The notes beneath the pieces are model-generated. The model searched no databases. It saw nothing but the letters and a program-made list of their open reading frames with translations, and was not told the origin of the DNA. Below are positions 21,012 through 31,815 of a DNA stretch of 64,000 bases, piece by piece. The translations under genes and the position numbers were made by a program. Each line of letters opens with the position of its first letter. Within the stretch, counting starts at the first letter, position 1. The DNA comes from Carpediemonas membranifera BICM (Eukaryota > Protista > Fornicata): assembly GCA_019828565.1 (NCBI GenBank), contig JAHDYR010000048.1, positions 1 through 64,000 of the forward strand, in the 5' to 3' direction.

Positions 21012-21863
21012 ATGAAGCAAGTGATCCTTTTGGTGCTACTTTGTGTAGCTCTTTCATCTTGCCTTGATTGCAGCATCCATGGTGTCCACAACTTTACCTT
21101 TGGCGACTATCAGCAGGCTGCAGAGATAAGAAATATCTTCTGGGAGGTCGAACCCAGCTGCATGGGCCTTATTCCTGCTGCTGGAACGTACGACGTCGAA
21201 CTTTTCGTCAGGAAACCTGAATGGAATGAGACGAAATACGTTCCCGTTCAGGAAATCGCCACCATGAGCACGACTGATATCACGACAACAGGAAAGGCCT
21301 TCACGGCGATTAGAACCAACTACTACGCCGTGGAGGATGAGTACTTCGTCTGTATCAGTGTCGGGACCCATATTTACGGCTGTTCGGACGAGGCCCATGT
21401 CCTTGGTCAGGACGACCCCGACAGCTTCTCCAAGTTCGCTCTCGTCGTGGCGGTGATGATTCTTGTAGCTGGCATAGTCGCATGCTTATTCCTGTGCGCT
21501 AAGTTTTCGATCATCGGTTTAGTCATCACGTCGTATCTGAGACGCCGCGCCAAGCTTCATGCCAGAGTCGCCGCTGCCCGCAGGAATCTGCCGCAGGAGA
21601 CGGCCAACCCCATGTACAGCAACGGCGCCGTGCCCCAGTTCCCGGGGCAGCCCATGCCACCAGCCCAGCCCAACCAACCGATGCAGCCGCCCCAGCCGGT
21701 CTACCCTCCCCAGCAGATGCAGACAGGGCCCCAAGACTATGCCCCACCGCAGCAGCAGTTTGCCGAATACAACCAGAACCCCTACGGTAACTATGGTACC
21801 CCGCCGCCGCCCCAGGAGGGCTATGGCGCACCAGCGTACAACCCCCATGGCAATCAGGCGTAG
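21012..21863 (+). CDS. Tandem paralogue of the preceding type I membrane protein
   Basis: MKQVILLVLLCVALSSCLDC; shared EY.lCvS....iYGCS...VLG.DD, NPMYSNG and terminal NQA. Confidence 0.85.
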   Translation: MKQVILLVLLCVALSSCLDCSIHGVHNFTFGDYQQAAEIRNIFWEVEPSCMGLIPAAGTYDVELFVRKPEWNETKYVPVQEIATMSTTDITTTGKAFTAIRTNYYAVEDEYFVCISVGTHIYGCSDEAHVLGQDDPDSFSKFALVVAVMILVAGIVACLFLCAKFSIIGLVITSYLRRRAKLHARVAAARRNLPQETANPMYSNGAVPQFPGQPMPPAQPNQPMQPPQPVYPPQQMQTGPQDYAPPQQQFAEYNQNPYGNYGTPPPPQEGYGAPAYNPHGNQA

Positions 21864-21979
21864 GATGACGCAGTATGATTGATAAATTCTCCCACAAAGA
21901 GTCGATGGGGTGGGGCAAGATATATCATTTACAGAATAATCAGCGATTTACTGCAATGCACGAAACTCATGTAATTCTC

Positions 21980-23743
21980 TCACCCAAGCACCTTGGACAC
22001 CGCGCTCTCGAGCTCAGCGGCGTCTTGCTCTGCACTAATCAATTGATACAACAACTGAACCGACTCTGCCTGCTGGAAAGAAATGATGCCAAATACGAAG
22101 CGGTGTATAGCGTCGTCGGCCTCGACCCGCTGCTCCAGACAAATAGGCTTGAGATAATCATACAGTCGCCGGACCTGGCCCTGATCTGGGACAATCTCAG
22201 CCAGCTTCGCCCGCAGTTTCACGACCTGGACGTTAGCACGCTCCTGTCTGTCGAGGAGGGAGGCGATGGCGCTGTCACCCATGGCCTGGGGCACCTCTTC
22301 GTTATCGTCCGAGTGGACCTCGAGGTCGGTCTGTTCTTCCATCTGGTGCGCTCTGAGTATAGCCTCGAGCGTCTCTTCAAAGGAGATCTCCACAGTCTCG
22401 AACTCCTCCTGGACTGTCTCAATAGGCGCCTTGTCGAACTTGATCAGCACTGTCTGACCAGCCTCCTCGGGTGACGCGTTCTCCACACCATCAAAGAGTA
22501 GGGGTGACTCGGGAGTGACTCGGCCCATATCGGGGCTGGGGGTCATCAAAAGATTAGCCTGACCCGACATACGACGGAGTCTGCCCTGCGGCTTCTGCGG
22601 TTCAGACACGGGGCGGTCAGGCGATGCGACGTTTCGAGCCCTTCTGAGGTCATCAACCGACACTCTCTTCGCCTCCTTAAGTCGGGCCATAGTCACTGGA
22701 TGGGCCGCGGAGCTGGGCGTCTGCTCTCTCGACGCTTGTTTTGGGGCAGGTTTAGGCGGGGTGGCCGGGGGTTGGGCCTCTTCGACTGGGACAATCCTGA
22801 GCGGTGTGGGGACGCCCTTGCGGATACGAGAGGACGAGGGGCGTTCTGTCTTGGCAGGGACCTTGACAGAGGCCTTGGCTGAGGAGACGCGGCGGTTCTT
22901 GTTGAGTTCCTCGACCGACGGCAGGTCGATTCCCAGCTTCCGGGCGTGTGAACGGAGCACAGGCTTGGCGAGGAGCTCATCGGCCGAGGGTCTGGCCGCA
23001 GGGTCCTTGTTGAGGCACCTAGCGATCGTATCTGCTATGGTCCGTGAGTACGAGGTTGGGATTGGGTGGTACGTCCCCCTAATGATCTTAAGAATGAGCG
23101 CCGCCTGGTTGTTCGCGGTAAACGGGTGTCTTCCAGTACAGAGCTCGTACAGTACACAGCCGAGTGCCCACATGTCGGACTTTGAGTTGTACGACACGTT
23201 CTCACAGAGTTCAGGGGAAAGATAGTATGGCGTCCCGACCATCGTAGAGGCAAAGGACTCGGTGTCCAGCTTGCGGGCAACACCGAGGTCTCCAACCTTG
23301 ACCTTGTTGGCCTTATCGAGGAAGACGTTGAGGCTCTTGAAGTCTCGGTGGAGGTACTTACGGGAGTGCATGTACTGGAGGGCTAGGAGCATCTGGATGA
23401 GCAGGGACCAGATGATCTTCTCGGGAATCTCCTTGCCTGCGCTCTTGCGGATGAAATTCTGCAGGTCTCCGTTGGCTGCATATTCCATGACGATGTGAAG
23501 CGAATGCTCCTCGATAAAGGAGTCGTAGTACTTAATGATATAGTTGCAGTCGAGATCTGCGAGAGTCTTGCACTCTCTAACTGCTGAATCCTTCTCCTTG
23601 ACGCTCATGCCCTCCAGGCTGATCGTTTTGATCACGTATATGCGATTGTCCAGCTTGCGGCGGACTTTCTTGCAGGATCCGTATGAACCCTTGCCAATAG
23701 TTGCGAGTATGTCGAAATCGCCGAGGCAGGAGCGCCGTGGCAT
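21980..23743 (-). CDS. NIMA-related (NEK) protein kinase
   Basis: IGKGSYG, HRDFKSLNVFL, GDLGVAR, VGTPYYLSPELC, KSDMWALGCVLYELC; C-terminal coiled coil. Start taken at MPRRSC. Confidence 0.93.
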   Translation of the reverse strand: MPRRSCLGDFDILATIGKGSYGSCKKVRRKLDNRIYVIKTISLEGMSVKEKDSAVRECKTLADLDCNYIIKYYDSFIEEHSLHIVMEYAANGDLQNFIRKSAGKEIPEKIIWSLLIQMLLALQYMHSRKYLHRDFKSLNVFLDKANKVKVGDLGVARKLDTESFASTMVGTPYYLSPELCENVSYNSKSDMWALGCVLYELCTGRHPFTANNQAALILKIIRGTYHPIPTSYSRTIADTIARCLNKDPAARPSADELLAKPVLRSHARKLGIDLPSVEELNKNRRVSSAKASVKVPAKTERPSSSRIRKGVPTPLRIVPVEEAQPPATPPKPAPKQASREQTPSSAAHPVTMARLKEAKRVSVDDLRRARNVASPDRPVSEPQKPQGRLRRMSGQANLLMTPSPDMGRVTPESPLLFDGVENASPEEAGQTVLIKFDKAPIETVQEEFETVEISFEETLEAILRAHQMEEQTDLEVHSDDNEEVPQAMGDSAIASLLDRQERANVQVVKLRAKLAEIVPDQGQVRRLYDYLKPICLEQRVEADDAIHRFVFGIISFQQAESVQLLYQLISAEQDAAELESAVSKVLG

Positions 23744-24028
23744 TGCCGTTGATCGTAACGGAAAGATGAACTGTGCTAAAACTGCACGCACGATGGTCGA
23801 TTCTGATTGGGTCAACTGGATGATGTGTGTGTTGCTGCCATGTAGGAATGGCGAGACTGGCTGCGAGTTAGCAGTCTCCTTCAATGCTTCTGATCAAGAC
23901 ATGTTTGGATTCAATAAATGCTCGTGCTAGATATTATGCGGTCTTCACAAGACATACGGCCCTTTTCGTGGCTTTAAATCATCGTAATCATGCGCTTTTC
24001 ATTGTGCATTTTATGACAAAACCAAACG

Positions 24029-24523
24029 ATGTCGGATCAAATACTGGAAAATTACGAGGGCGCCATAGTAGAAGGGCGCCCCCATGGACATGGAAAGATC
24101 CGCAATGAGAATGGATCGATATATGTCGGTGATTTCTCGCTTGGAGAGTATCACGGTGAGGGGACACTCTATTTCCCCGGCCAAGGCAAAATAGACGGAT
24201 TCTGGGAGCATGGATCACTTAGTTCATTCAAGTTCTACTTTGAGGACGGCCTTCCTTTCGAGCTTCAGGACTGGGGCTACATTACCGAGAAGAACCGTCT
24301 CTTCCAAGCCGAGCTCGTCAACGGAATCGGCACACCAGTCACAAAGGAGCATCCCGATGGCACATACTTCGTCGGTGACGGCTACTATGACCCTAGCAAC
24401 GGCAAGGTGTTCGACTGTGAGACTGGGGCGGAGCTTCGTCGTGTGACTGGGACCAAGGAGGTCGAATGGATCAAGGCCAAGTGCTCATACAACTATAAGC
24501 CGGGGGACGTGCCCGGTAACTAG
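24029..24523 (+). CDS. MORN5: MORN repeat protein 5-like
   Basis: Three MORN repeats, then FEDGL....WGY...R.F..E..NG and P.GTY.VGDGYYDP...WI...C. Confidence 0.8.
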   Translation: MSDQILENYEGAIVEGRPHGHGKIRNENGSIYVGDFSLGEYHGEGTLYFPGQGKIDGFWEHGSLSSFKFYFEDGLPFELQDWGYITEKNRLFQAELVNGIGTPVTKEHPDGTYFVGDGYYDPSNGKVFDCETGAELRRVTGTKEVEWIKAKCSYNYKPGDVPGN

Positions 24524-24705
24524 GCGTGTACATATGATTGTATTAAACGAGTCAGCCTGACGCGGTGGCCGGCAGATGTGGGAGTCGACCATGAAGAAGT
24601 CATGAACGGTCCGTGCCCCGGGATAGGGGTCTTATCTTACTGCCGGTCTGATACTCTCCCTTGACATCGCACGATCCCGCGGGGGCAGATCAATGCTAAA
24701 ACTGC

Positions 24706-26885
24706 ATGACACGAGCACTCTTGCTTGGCTTTCTCTTATCGATAGCTCTGATACTGATGGCCAACACAATGCTGAATCGCGAAGACAAACCCGCAACACC
24801 GCACGGATACATGCGCTGGGACCTCAATGCCGCCGAAATCGAAGCCATGACGGCTCTTCTCATCAAGAGGGATGAGGTTTGTTCTCTACCAACCCAACTA
24901 ACACTAGGATATCCTTAACAAGGTCGTGGCTATTCCCGATGCGGAGAGGACTTTTGCCAACACCTTTGAGCCCCTCATCGAAGACGTCACCGACGAAGCT
25001 GTCGGTTCCTCCATCTACCAGCCCTCCTACATCTCTCCTGTAGCATCAGTCCGCGACGCCTCGTTTGCTGCCAAGAAGGCGATGAGCGAATACGGTGTCA
25101 CTTCTTTTATGCGCCAGGACGTTTACGATGCCCTCGTTGCTCTAAAGAACAACACTCGCGAGTACGACGCAATGCACCCTGAGGCCCGCCGCATGCTCGA
25201 TAAGGCTATTGAGAAGCGCGAACGCAGTGGCCTAGGTCTACCCGAGGCGCAGCGTGAGAAGGTCAAGTCGATTCGGTCCGAGATCGTCAAACTCTGCACG
25301 GAGTTCCAGGAAGTCGTTCAGAACGACGACACCCGCGTCCCCTTCACCAAGGAGGAGCTCGCTGGCATGAGTGATGACTTCCTCGAGTCTCTCACTCATC
25401 TGGACGACGGGCGCTATGAGGTAACGCTCAAGTATCCCGACATCATCCCCATCGCACGCCAGTGCACTGTACGGGAGACCAGGAAGAAGATGAGCCTCGC
25501 TAAGGGCGCTGTTGGCTACCCCGAGAACCTCGAGCGCATGTCCAAGATCGTCTCTCTTCGGGCCGAGCTCGCTGAGCTTCTTTCTTTCAATACGTACGCA
25601 GACTATCGCCTTGCCGACCGCATGGCGAAGAGTGCGGATGGCGTGCACGCCTTCTACGAGGATCTTGTCCCCCGAGTTCACCCCGCCGCATCGAAGGAGG
25701 CCCAGGCCATTCTTGCCCGCTCCAAGACCGAGGGCGACCTCATAGCCCCATGGGACATGAGCTTCTACCAGCGTGAGATCGAGGAGGAGCAGTTTTCGGT
25801 CGACCACGAGGCTCTCCGCAAATATTTCCCCATGGACAACGTCCTGGACGCCATCACCGCTATTGTGGACAAGGTGCTCCACATCAAGCTGGAGAAGGTC
25901 CCCGCCCGCGTCCAGGTGGCGCACACTGGTGATGCTCGGGTCGCTCAGGCGTTGTACGATGATATGGCGAAGAACGGCATCATCGAGGGCGACAGCATCG
26001 CCGTGTGGCACGAAGACGCCGTACCCTTCAAGGCCTCCGACGAGTCCGGTGCTCTTCTCGGTTATCTCATCATGGACCTGCACCCCCGGCCCCATCGGTA
26101 TGCCCACGCTTGCATGATCACGCTCCAGCCAGCCTCTCACAACTCCCATGCTGTTATCGGCCTGCTCGCCAACTTCCCCCGCCCCACTGAGGGCAAGCCT
26201 GCATGTCTGAGACACTCTGACGTCGAGACGTTGCTTCACGAGGTTGGCCACTGCCTGCATGACTTGTCATCTGAGACTTACTACGCTGGTACATCTGGTA
26301 CCACTGGAATTGAGCATGACGCTGTGGAGCTCCCTTCCCAGTGGTTCGAGGGCTTTGCGTGGGATCGTGAGGCCCTTAAACTGCTCGGCACGTCGACTGA
26401 CGGCGTGGTCATCTCGGATGCTGAGATCGACAACCTTCTCAACTCCCGCAAGGCCAACAAGGGGCTGGGAATCATGCGCCAGGTGTTCTTCGGCCAAATC
26501 GACCAGTACATCCACCAGAACGCCGGCCTGTCCGCTTCCGATCTCAAGGAGCGGTACGCTACCATGCGTGCTGAGCTGACGTATACCGAGGAGCCCGCCG
26601 AGTCCTGTGGCCTTGCCTCGTTCGCCCATCTCGTGGGTGGGTACGACTCTGCCGTTCGTTTTTACTTCCATTTTCATATTTACATAGTACTACGGCTACA
26701 TGTGGGCAGACGTGCTTGCTGCCGACTGCAGACTTACAGGGCTCGACGGCGAGGGTGGACGGAAGTTCAGGAAGGAGGTACTCTCTCGGGGTGGGGCCCG
26801 GGACGCGGCAGACAGCGTCAGAGCGTTCCTCGGCCGTGATGCGAACGCCCAGGCGATGTTGAAGGAGCTTGGGTTGGTTGAGTAG
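24706..26885 (+). CDS. M3-family metallopeptidase (thimet oligopeptidase/neurolysin-like); introns 24877-24907 and 26654-26687
   Basis: VTLKYP, DLHPRPHRYAHA, TLLHEVGHCLH, DAVELPSQ; splicing restores GGYDSAYYGYMWA. Confidence 0.93.
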
Positions 26886-27028
26886 GTATAAATGGCATGA
26901 TTGGCCGAGGGGCGGGCCCTGACGGTCTCTATTATCATTTAGCGTTGCGGTTGGAATGTTTACGGGGTTCGCAGTGAGTGGACCGACCACCACACACTAC
27001 ACTACATCATTTATTTATATTTGCAAGG

Positions 27029-29533
27029 TCAGATGGCATCGTCATCACCGTCCGCGGGACCGCGGGGAGGATGGTGCTGCAATGCATCCCGAGCGATGAA
27101 ACGTTTTGAGGGACTGCCATCGTCATCCTGCCTGCTGCCCTCCGACCCAGCGTCTACCAGGCCGACCTCCATGTCCCTGAGCCACCCGATGGTTGACTCG
27201 AGGAGCATGGCGGACTCACTGAAGTCGGGATTAGAGCCCTGGCTTCCAGAGAAGTGGCTGCCTGGGCTGCGTCCTGGCTCGTCAGCTGCATCGTCATCGA
27301 CGTCGGGGGCCCGTTTTGATGGCCAGTTATCGTCATCGCCATCGTAGCGTCGTGTCACAGGGCATGGCGTGTGGCGACGCAAGGCTTCACTGAGCGATGC
27401 AACCCGACCGGCGAGGGTCGATTGCAGCTCAGTGTTCTGGACCTTGATCGCGGTGTTCGTTGTGGTTGTGCGCTTTGTCTTCTCGCGCTGTTTCACTTTC
27501 CGGAGTCGGCTAGCTTCAGTTTCGAACGCAGCACCGTGTAACTCGCTGCTGGGCTGCTCCAGATCGACGGGCTCCACCTCCGCAACAGGGGCATCCAATG
27601 GCGGGCACTCGACCCCCAGCTGGCCGAGGACCCAGTCTAGCGCGGCGATCTGCCCGCGGAGGTGGGAGTTGACCAGGCTGAGGTCGTAGTGTCGCTGCCG
27701 GATCACCCCAGGTGTCTTCTTGGCAGCCTCTTCGGGATCCTCACGTGTTTCAGCGGGATAAGGGACTGCTTCCATCGTGCTGCCGTCGAACCCGGAGAGT
27801 GCTCCGGAAATGTCTTCCTCGGCGAGGCCAAGGGCGACCTGGAGGTCATTGATCTCGGCCATCACGGCGTTGATCTCATCCCTCAGGATGGCGTTGTTAG
27901 CAAGGTTGCGCTGCTTTGCCGTCATTCCAGAAGCATCGACCTTGACGTCGCGCTTGGATGGTAGCACACGGTCGGTGTTCCCAGGCGCATTGCCGCGACC
28001 AAGCAGCATCCGTACATAGAGGAGCGCCTTCTGCGCGCCCTGCCGCCACTTGGCCTCCTTCATGACCTTGAGCTTGTGCTCCAGAAGATCGCGTCTTGGT
28101 AGTTCTGCCAAGCCAACCTGGGTGGGAAGCGCACACAGCGACGGCCCTGGATAAGCTGGATGAGCGGCATCTCCAACCTTAGGGGCGAGTATGTCACCGG
28201 AAGGCTTGCCGCCGCAAAGGAAGGAGGGCTGAAGCTTTGGGAGATGCATACGCATGTCAAGGTCCAGGTCCATTGCCTGCATCATGCCGATCATCATTCG
28301 CGAGTCCCCTGCACCATCGCTCCCATTGCTCTTGCGGTAATGCTTGGGCTGGTGGGCGTCGTCGTCGGCCTCGTAGTGACCTCGCTTTGTGTCGTGACCA
28401 TTGGCTGCCCCACCGTCGCTGTCATCGTCGTCGCAAGTGGGCCGGATCACCGCTGCGCCAGACTTGCGGATGTAGCGCTCGAGGAGCTCATCGAGAGATG
28501 CTTCGCGATCAGGCAAGAGCTCGGTGAGCAGCGTGCTCTGCGCGACTAGCTTCGCACTCATATCGTCCAGAAGGACCTCCTCTTTGCGTTTTCTTTCTGT
28601 CTTGAGTTGACCGACTTTCTTCTCCCTCTTATCGTCGCTAAGCCCAGCATCGGGTTCCTGCCGCTCGACAGGATCAGGCTCGGGGATTGCGTTGGGTGTC
28701 GCGTGACTGCTCGTGACGTTGAGAAGGTTGAGCACCCAGTCATAAGTCTCGACATGCCCACGCAGCCTGCGGTTCTCGAGACGACACTCGAAGTTGTTCG
28801 CGATAGAGGCCCTCTTGCCGCTGCGTCTCCGTCGAATTGGGGAGGGAAGGCGGAATATTTTGCCAAGCCTCCTCTGATCTGAAGGTGGGCGTCTCAGGGC
28901 CTCGACGATCTTGCCCTCACACCGCTCTAGTGCCTCCCTGAGAGAGGCAATCTCTCCTGCAATGAGCCTGATCTCCGCGCGAAGCCTGTCCCTCTTCCAT
29001 TTCGCTCGATCATTTGATCCCTCGATATCGGCGGGGGCTTCGAAGTCGAGCACGCTTGGCATGGCTCTATCAGTGGGGTCGAACTGTACTGGGTCGGTGA
29101 TGAGGCCGCAGGCCCAAAGTTTCTGTTGGATCTCTTCTTCGGATTCACGAGCACCCTGCAACCAACAAAGCAACTCCATCAGCTCTAGCTTGCGCTGCAG
29201 AAGCGGCCCAGTAGTTCTAGGTAGCGTGTCACTCGACAGGGTGTCGACATTGTGCCTCCGTGATGGCCTCTCCATGGTCTCCATTGGCAGCTCATGTGCT
29301 CTGGGCGGGAGTGGGATTCGGGACTCACCGGATGACTGGTCAGATGAAACATCTTGGCCCTCCGTGACGTTGATGTTCTGGGACGATGGGAGCTGACACC
29401 TGTATACAGATCCATCGAGAAGGTCAACAATGGGGATGCTCGAAGCGTTTGCCTTCTGCTGGGAATCTTCAGGCAGAGAAGCGCTATTGTCTGGCAAATT
29501 ACCACGATTGCCCGTCATTTGCTGGACTTTCAC
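27029..29533 (-). CDS. Hypothetical protein with two diverged copies of an unrecognised ~300-aa helical module
   Basis: 834-aa ORF; LLQRKLELM..WLQGA / LLEHKLKVM..WRQGA and LRGHVETYDWVL / LRGQIAALDWVL. Confidence 0.75.
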   Translation of the reverse strand: MKVQQMTGNRGNLPDNSASLPEDSQQKANASSIPIVDLLDGSVYRCQLPSSQNINVTEGQDVSSDQSSGESRIPLPPRAHELPMETMERPSRRHNVDTLSSDTLPRTTGPLLQRKLELMELLCWLQGARESEEEIQQKLWACGLITDPVQFDPTDRAMPSVLDFEAPADIEGSNDRAKWKRDRLRAEIRLIAGEIASLREALERCEGKIVEALRRPPSDQRRLGKIFRLPSPIRRRRSGKRASIANNFECRLENRRLRGHVETYDWVLNLLNVTSSHATPNAIPEPDPVERQEPDAGLSDDKREKKVGQLKTERKRKEEVLLDDMSAKLVAQSTLLTELLPDREASLDELLERYIRKSGAAVIRPTCDDDDSDGGAANGHDTKRGHYEADDDAHQPKHYRKSNGSDGAGDSRMMIGMMQAMDLDLDMRMHLPKLQPSFLCGGKPSGDILAPKVGDAAHPAYPGPSLCALPTQVGLAELPRRDLLEHKLKVMKEAKWRQGAQKALLYVRMLLGRGNAPGNTDRVLPSKRDVKVDASGMTAKQRNLANNAILRDEINAVMAEINDLQVALGLAEEDISGALSGFDGSTMEAVPYPAETREDPEEAAKKTPGVIRQRHYDLSLVNSHLRGQIAALDWVLGQLGVECPPLDAPVAEVEPVDLEQPSSELHGAAFETEASRLRKVKQREKTKRTTTTNTAIKVQNTELQSTLAGRVASLSEALRRHTPCPVTRRYDGDDDNWPSKRAPDVDDDAADEPGRSPGSHFSGSQGSNPDFSESAMLLESTIGWLRDMEVGLVDAGSEGSRQDDDGSPSKRFIARDALQHHPPRGPADGDDDAI
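27127..28084. repeat. 958-bp coding cassette, copy 1 (copy 2 at 34458-35415)
   Basis: Colinear, same orientation, constant offset 7331, scattered substitutions. Confidence 0.96.
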
Positions 29534-29899
29534 TCCTTTTGGTTTTAAAGCATTGCCGACAAAGTGACACAGCCCGAATTACATTATACATTTGTCTAAC
29601 ATAACAGTGTGTTTTATGTCCATAACACCTTCTAAGACTATGAGAGCCACTCCTTTGATACATAGCCATCAGTTGACTGTTCCACCGGCTTGTGCCCTTG
29701 TTTCCGACTCGATAACGGCCATTTCGTCTGAGAAACCGACTCAGTCGTTTGGCACGGGTTGGTCCTGTTGGTGACAGCAGACAACGGTAGCTGGAAGTCT
29801 CATTTGGTGTGACGAGACAAGAGGGTCCAAGAATTTGGTGGTGTCATGATGGAAAAACGACCGATCTCTCTTTGAACGCATGGTTGCATCCAATTCTAC

Positions 29900-31636
29900 G
29901 TGCGATAGTGCTAGAACACCGCTGATTGTGATGCATCGCCTTTCTGCCACGGCGGCAGGTGATGTGCCTGGCGACATTCCCAATCTTATCCGCCATGCTT
30001 TCTCCAGACACTTCAACGAGGTTCTTCCAGAAGCACAGATATAGAGACAACTATACCGACCAGCTCCACTAAGCAGGAACTCCTCGCCATGCTTACCACG
30101 ATGCCCCCACTCGTTCCAGCTGCCAGTTCCTCCTCAACCGAGCTCGTACCACACTCGAGGACTGCAAGTAGGACACTGACGGAGACGGAGGTCAGCATGA
30201 ACATCACGCTGCTTCCTGGCCAGGACCTCCCCGCGCGATTCTTCACCCTGCTCCAGGGCACGCTGGGGCCATCCTCATGCACGCTGGGGCCGACCCGGAC
30301 CTGGAGAACACTGAGACACATTCCGAACTCTCGCAGAAGGAAATGTGGTTCCTCTGCAGGAAGTTCTACTTCAGCATGCTCGTCGCTGAGAAGGACGGCA
30401 GCGTCAGGTCGATTGCATACAGCTCGACGTCTTCAGAGCCTTTTTACGAGCCTGGATCTGCCCCAGACGAGACTACTGATACTGTGTGGACTCTCCATCG
30501 GTTCGCAGGCCCAGTTTTCGAGCGGGGACCTTGTAGCACCAGATTTACCTGGGTCCGCATGCCGCCAGTGTACGAAACCACTGCCCATGACGCATGCTTC
30601 ATCGCCCAGACCGTGAAGGGCCTCTACTGGTGGAGATCTGAAGTGATTTCCAATGATGGGCCAGTTCGGAGTTGGAATGACATGAGCTACGACTTCAGTA
30701 TCCCATGCTCAGGGTGGGGTGGGCAAGCAGTCGAGGCTACTTGTTGGGGTGAGTCTATCGAGCAGCAATAAGACCCCAGCTGGGCTCCGGGATGGATCGA
30801 AACTTGCTGTCCAGCCCTTGTTCCATTCACCGACTGCCCTAAAGTCGCCAGGTACGCTGCCAGCCTGCCCCACTGGCGGAAACATCGTATAGTGCGCTCG
30901 ATCGTAGATGTAGTGGGATGCATATTCCTGCTGACGCCTGTTGACCTTGTTGTCTGGGGTGACGTCGCTGAGGAGTTCGCAGGTAACGCCGCGAAAGGCC
31001 TGACTTCATTCTGTCCAGTCAGCCTTCCGTCAGGTTCTGTCCCAGATCACATCATGACAGAGTCTGGCGTTGTGGTTTTGACGTGTGGTCGGAAGCAGAT
31101 GATCGCTGACCGCGACAAACCCGAGCTTGAGATCGGTTGGTCAGGTGGTCCAGAGCAGCAGTTTGTGGATTTACCGTTTTGGGTTGACCGCATTCACCAC
31201 GTTTCCGTCTTTCCTTTCGTTCAGTATCTTCCTCAGCGGCGACGACAAGATTCTTACCAGGGCCGGGGTCGACGAAGTTCTTTCCCATGATTTCAGGGGG
31301 ATTTATGAAGACAGCGAGACAAAGGTGTGGGCCACTGAAAGCGAGACGCGACACATTTGTACCAGAGAGCGTATGCTTGATGCGTACATCGATGGGGGGA
31401 AACTGGCACCAGGTATTGTCGAGCGTTCCGTTCAATTTGCTGCAACTCACTTCAGTGCACGTGACGAGTGCGTGATGTTCTGCGACAAGCGGCTGCTGGT
31501 TCCTCTCGGATGGAGAAGATGTGACGCGATGCTCTGCGCCAGACTATGGGACGAGTATTATTTGGTGTTGTTGACAAGTTTTAAAGATCAGAGAGTGGTG
31601 TGTATCGAGATCTGTTACTGCCAATTGGAGGCATAA
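29900..31636 (+). pseudogene. Degraded, inverted paralogue of the central domain of the 31816-35868 protein
   Basis: Fragments in different frames (GDVPGDIPNLIRH, SMNITL...TLLQGT, AGADPDL...WFLCRKFYF, FTDCPKV, LLTPV, LPSGSVPD, FVDLPFWV) each match the intact gene in order, with stops and frameshifts between them. Ends are approximate. Confidence 0.8.
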
Positions 31637-31815
31637 TACACATCAACTAGAATATAAAGCTGGTGATTATGGCCTCTGTGCATCCAGTCATACCCAACCC
31701 AGCTGCTTCAGAGGCCTGGGCGATGATGGCTCCTGGCCAGAAGGAATCAGCGCGAGTCAATAGAGAACAATGATTGAGTTAAATCACATTTACCACATTA
31801 TGCACGCCAACGCGA

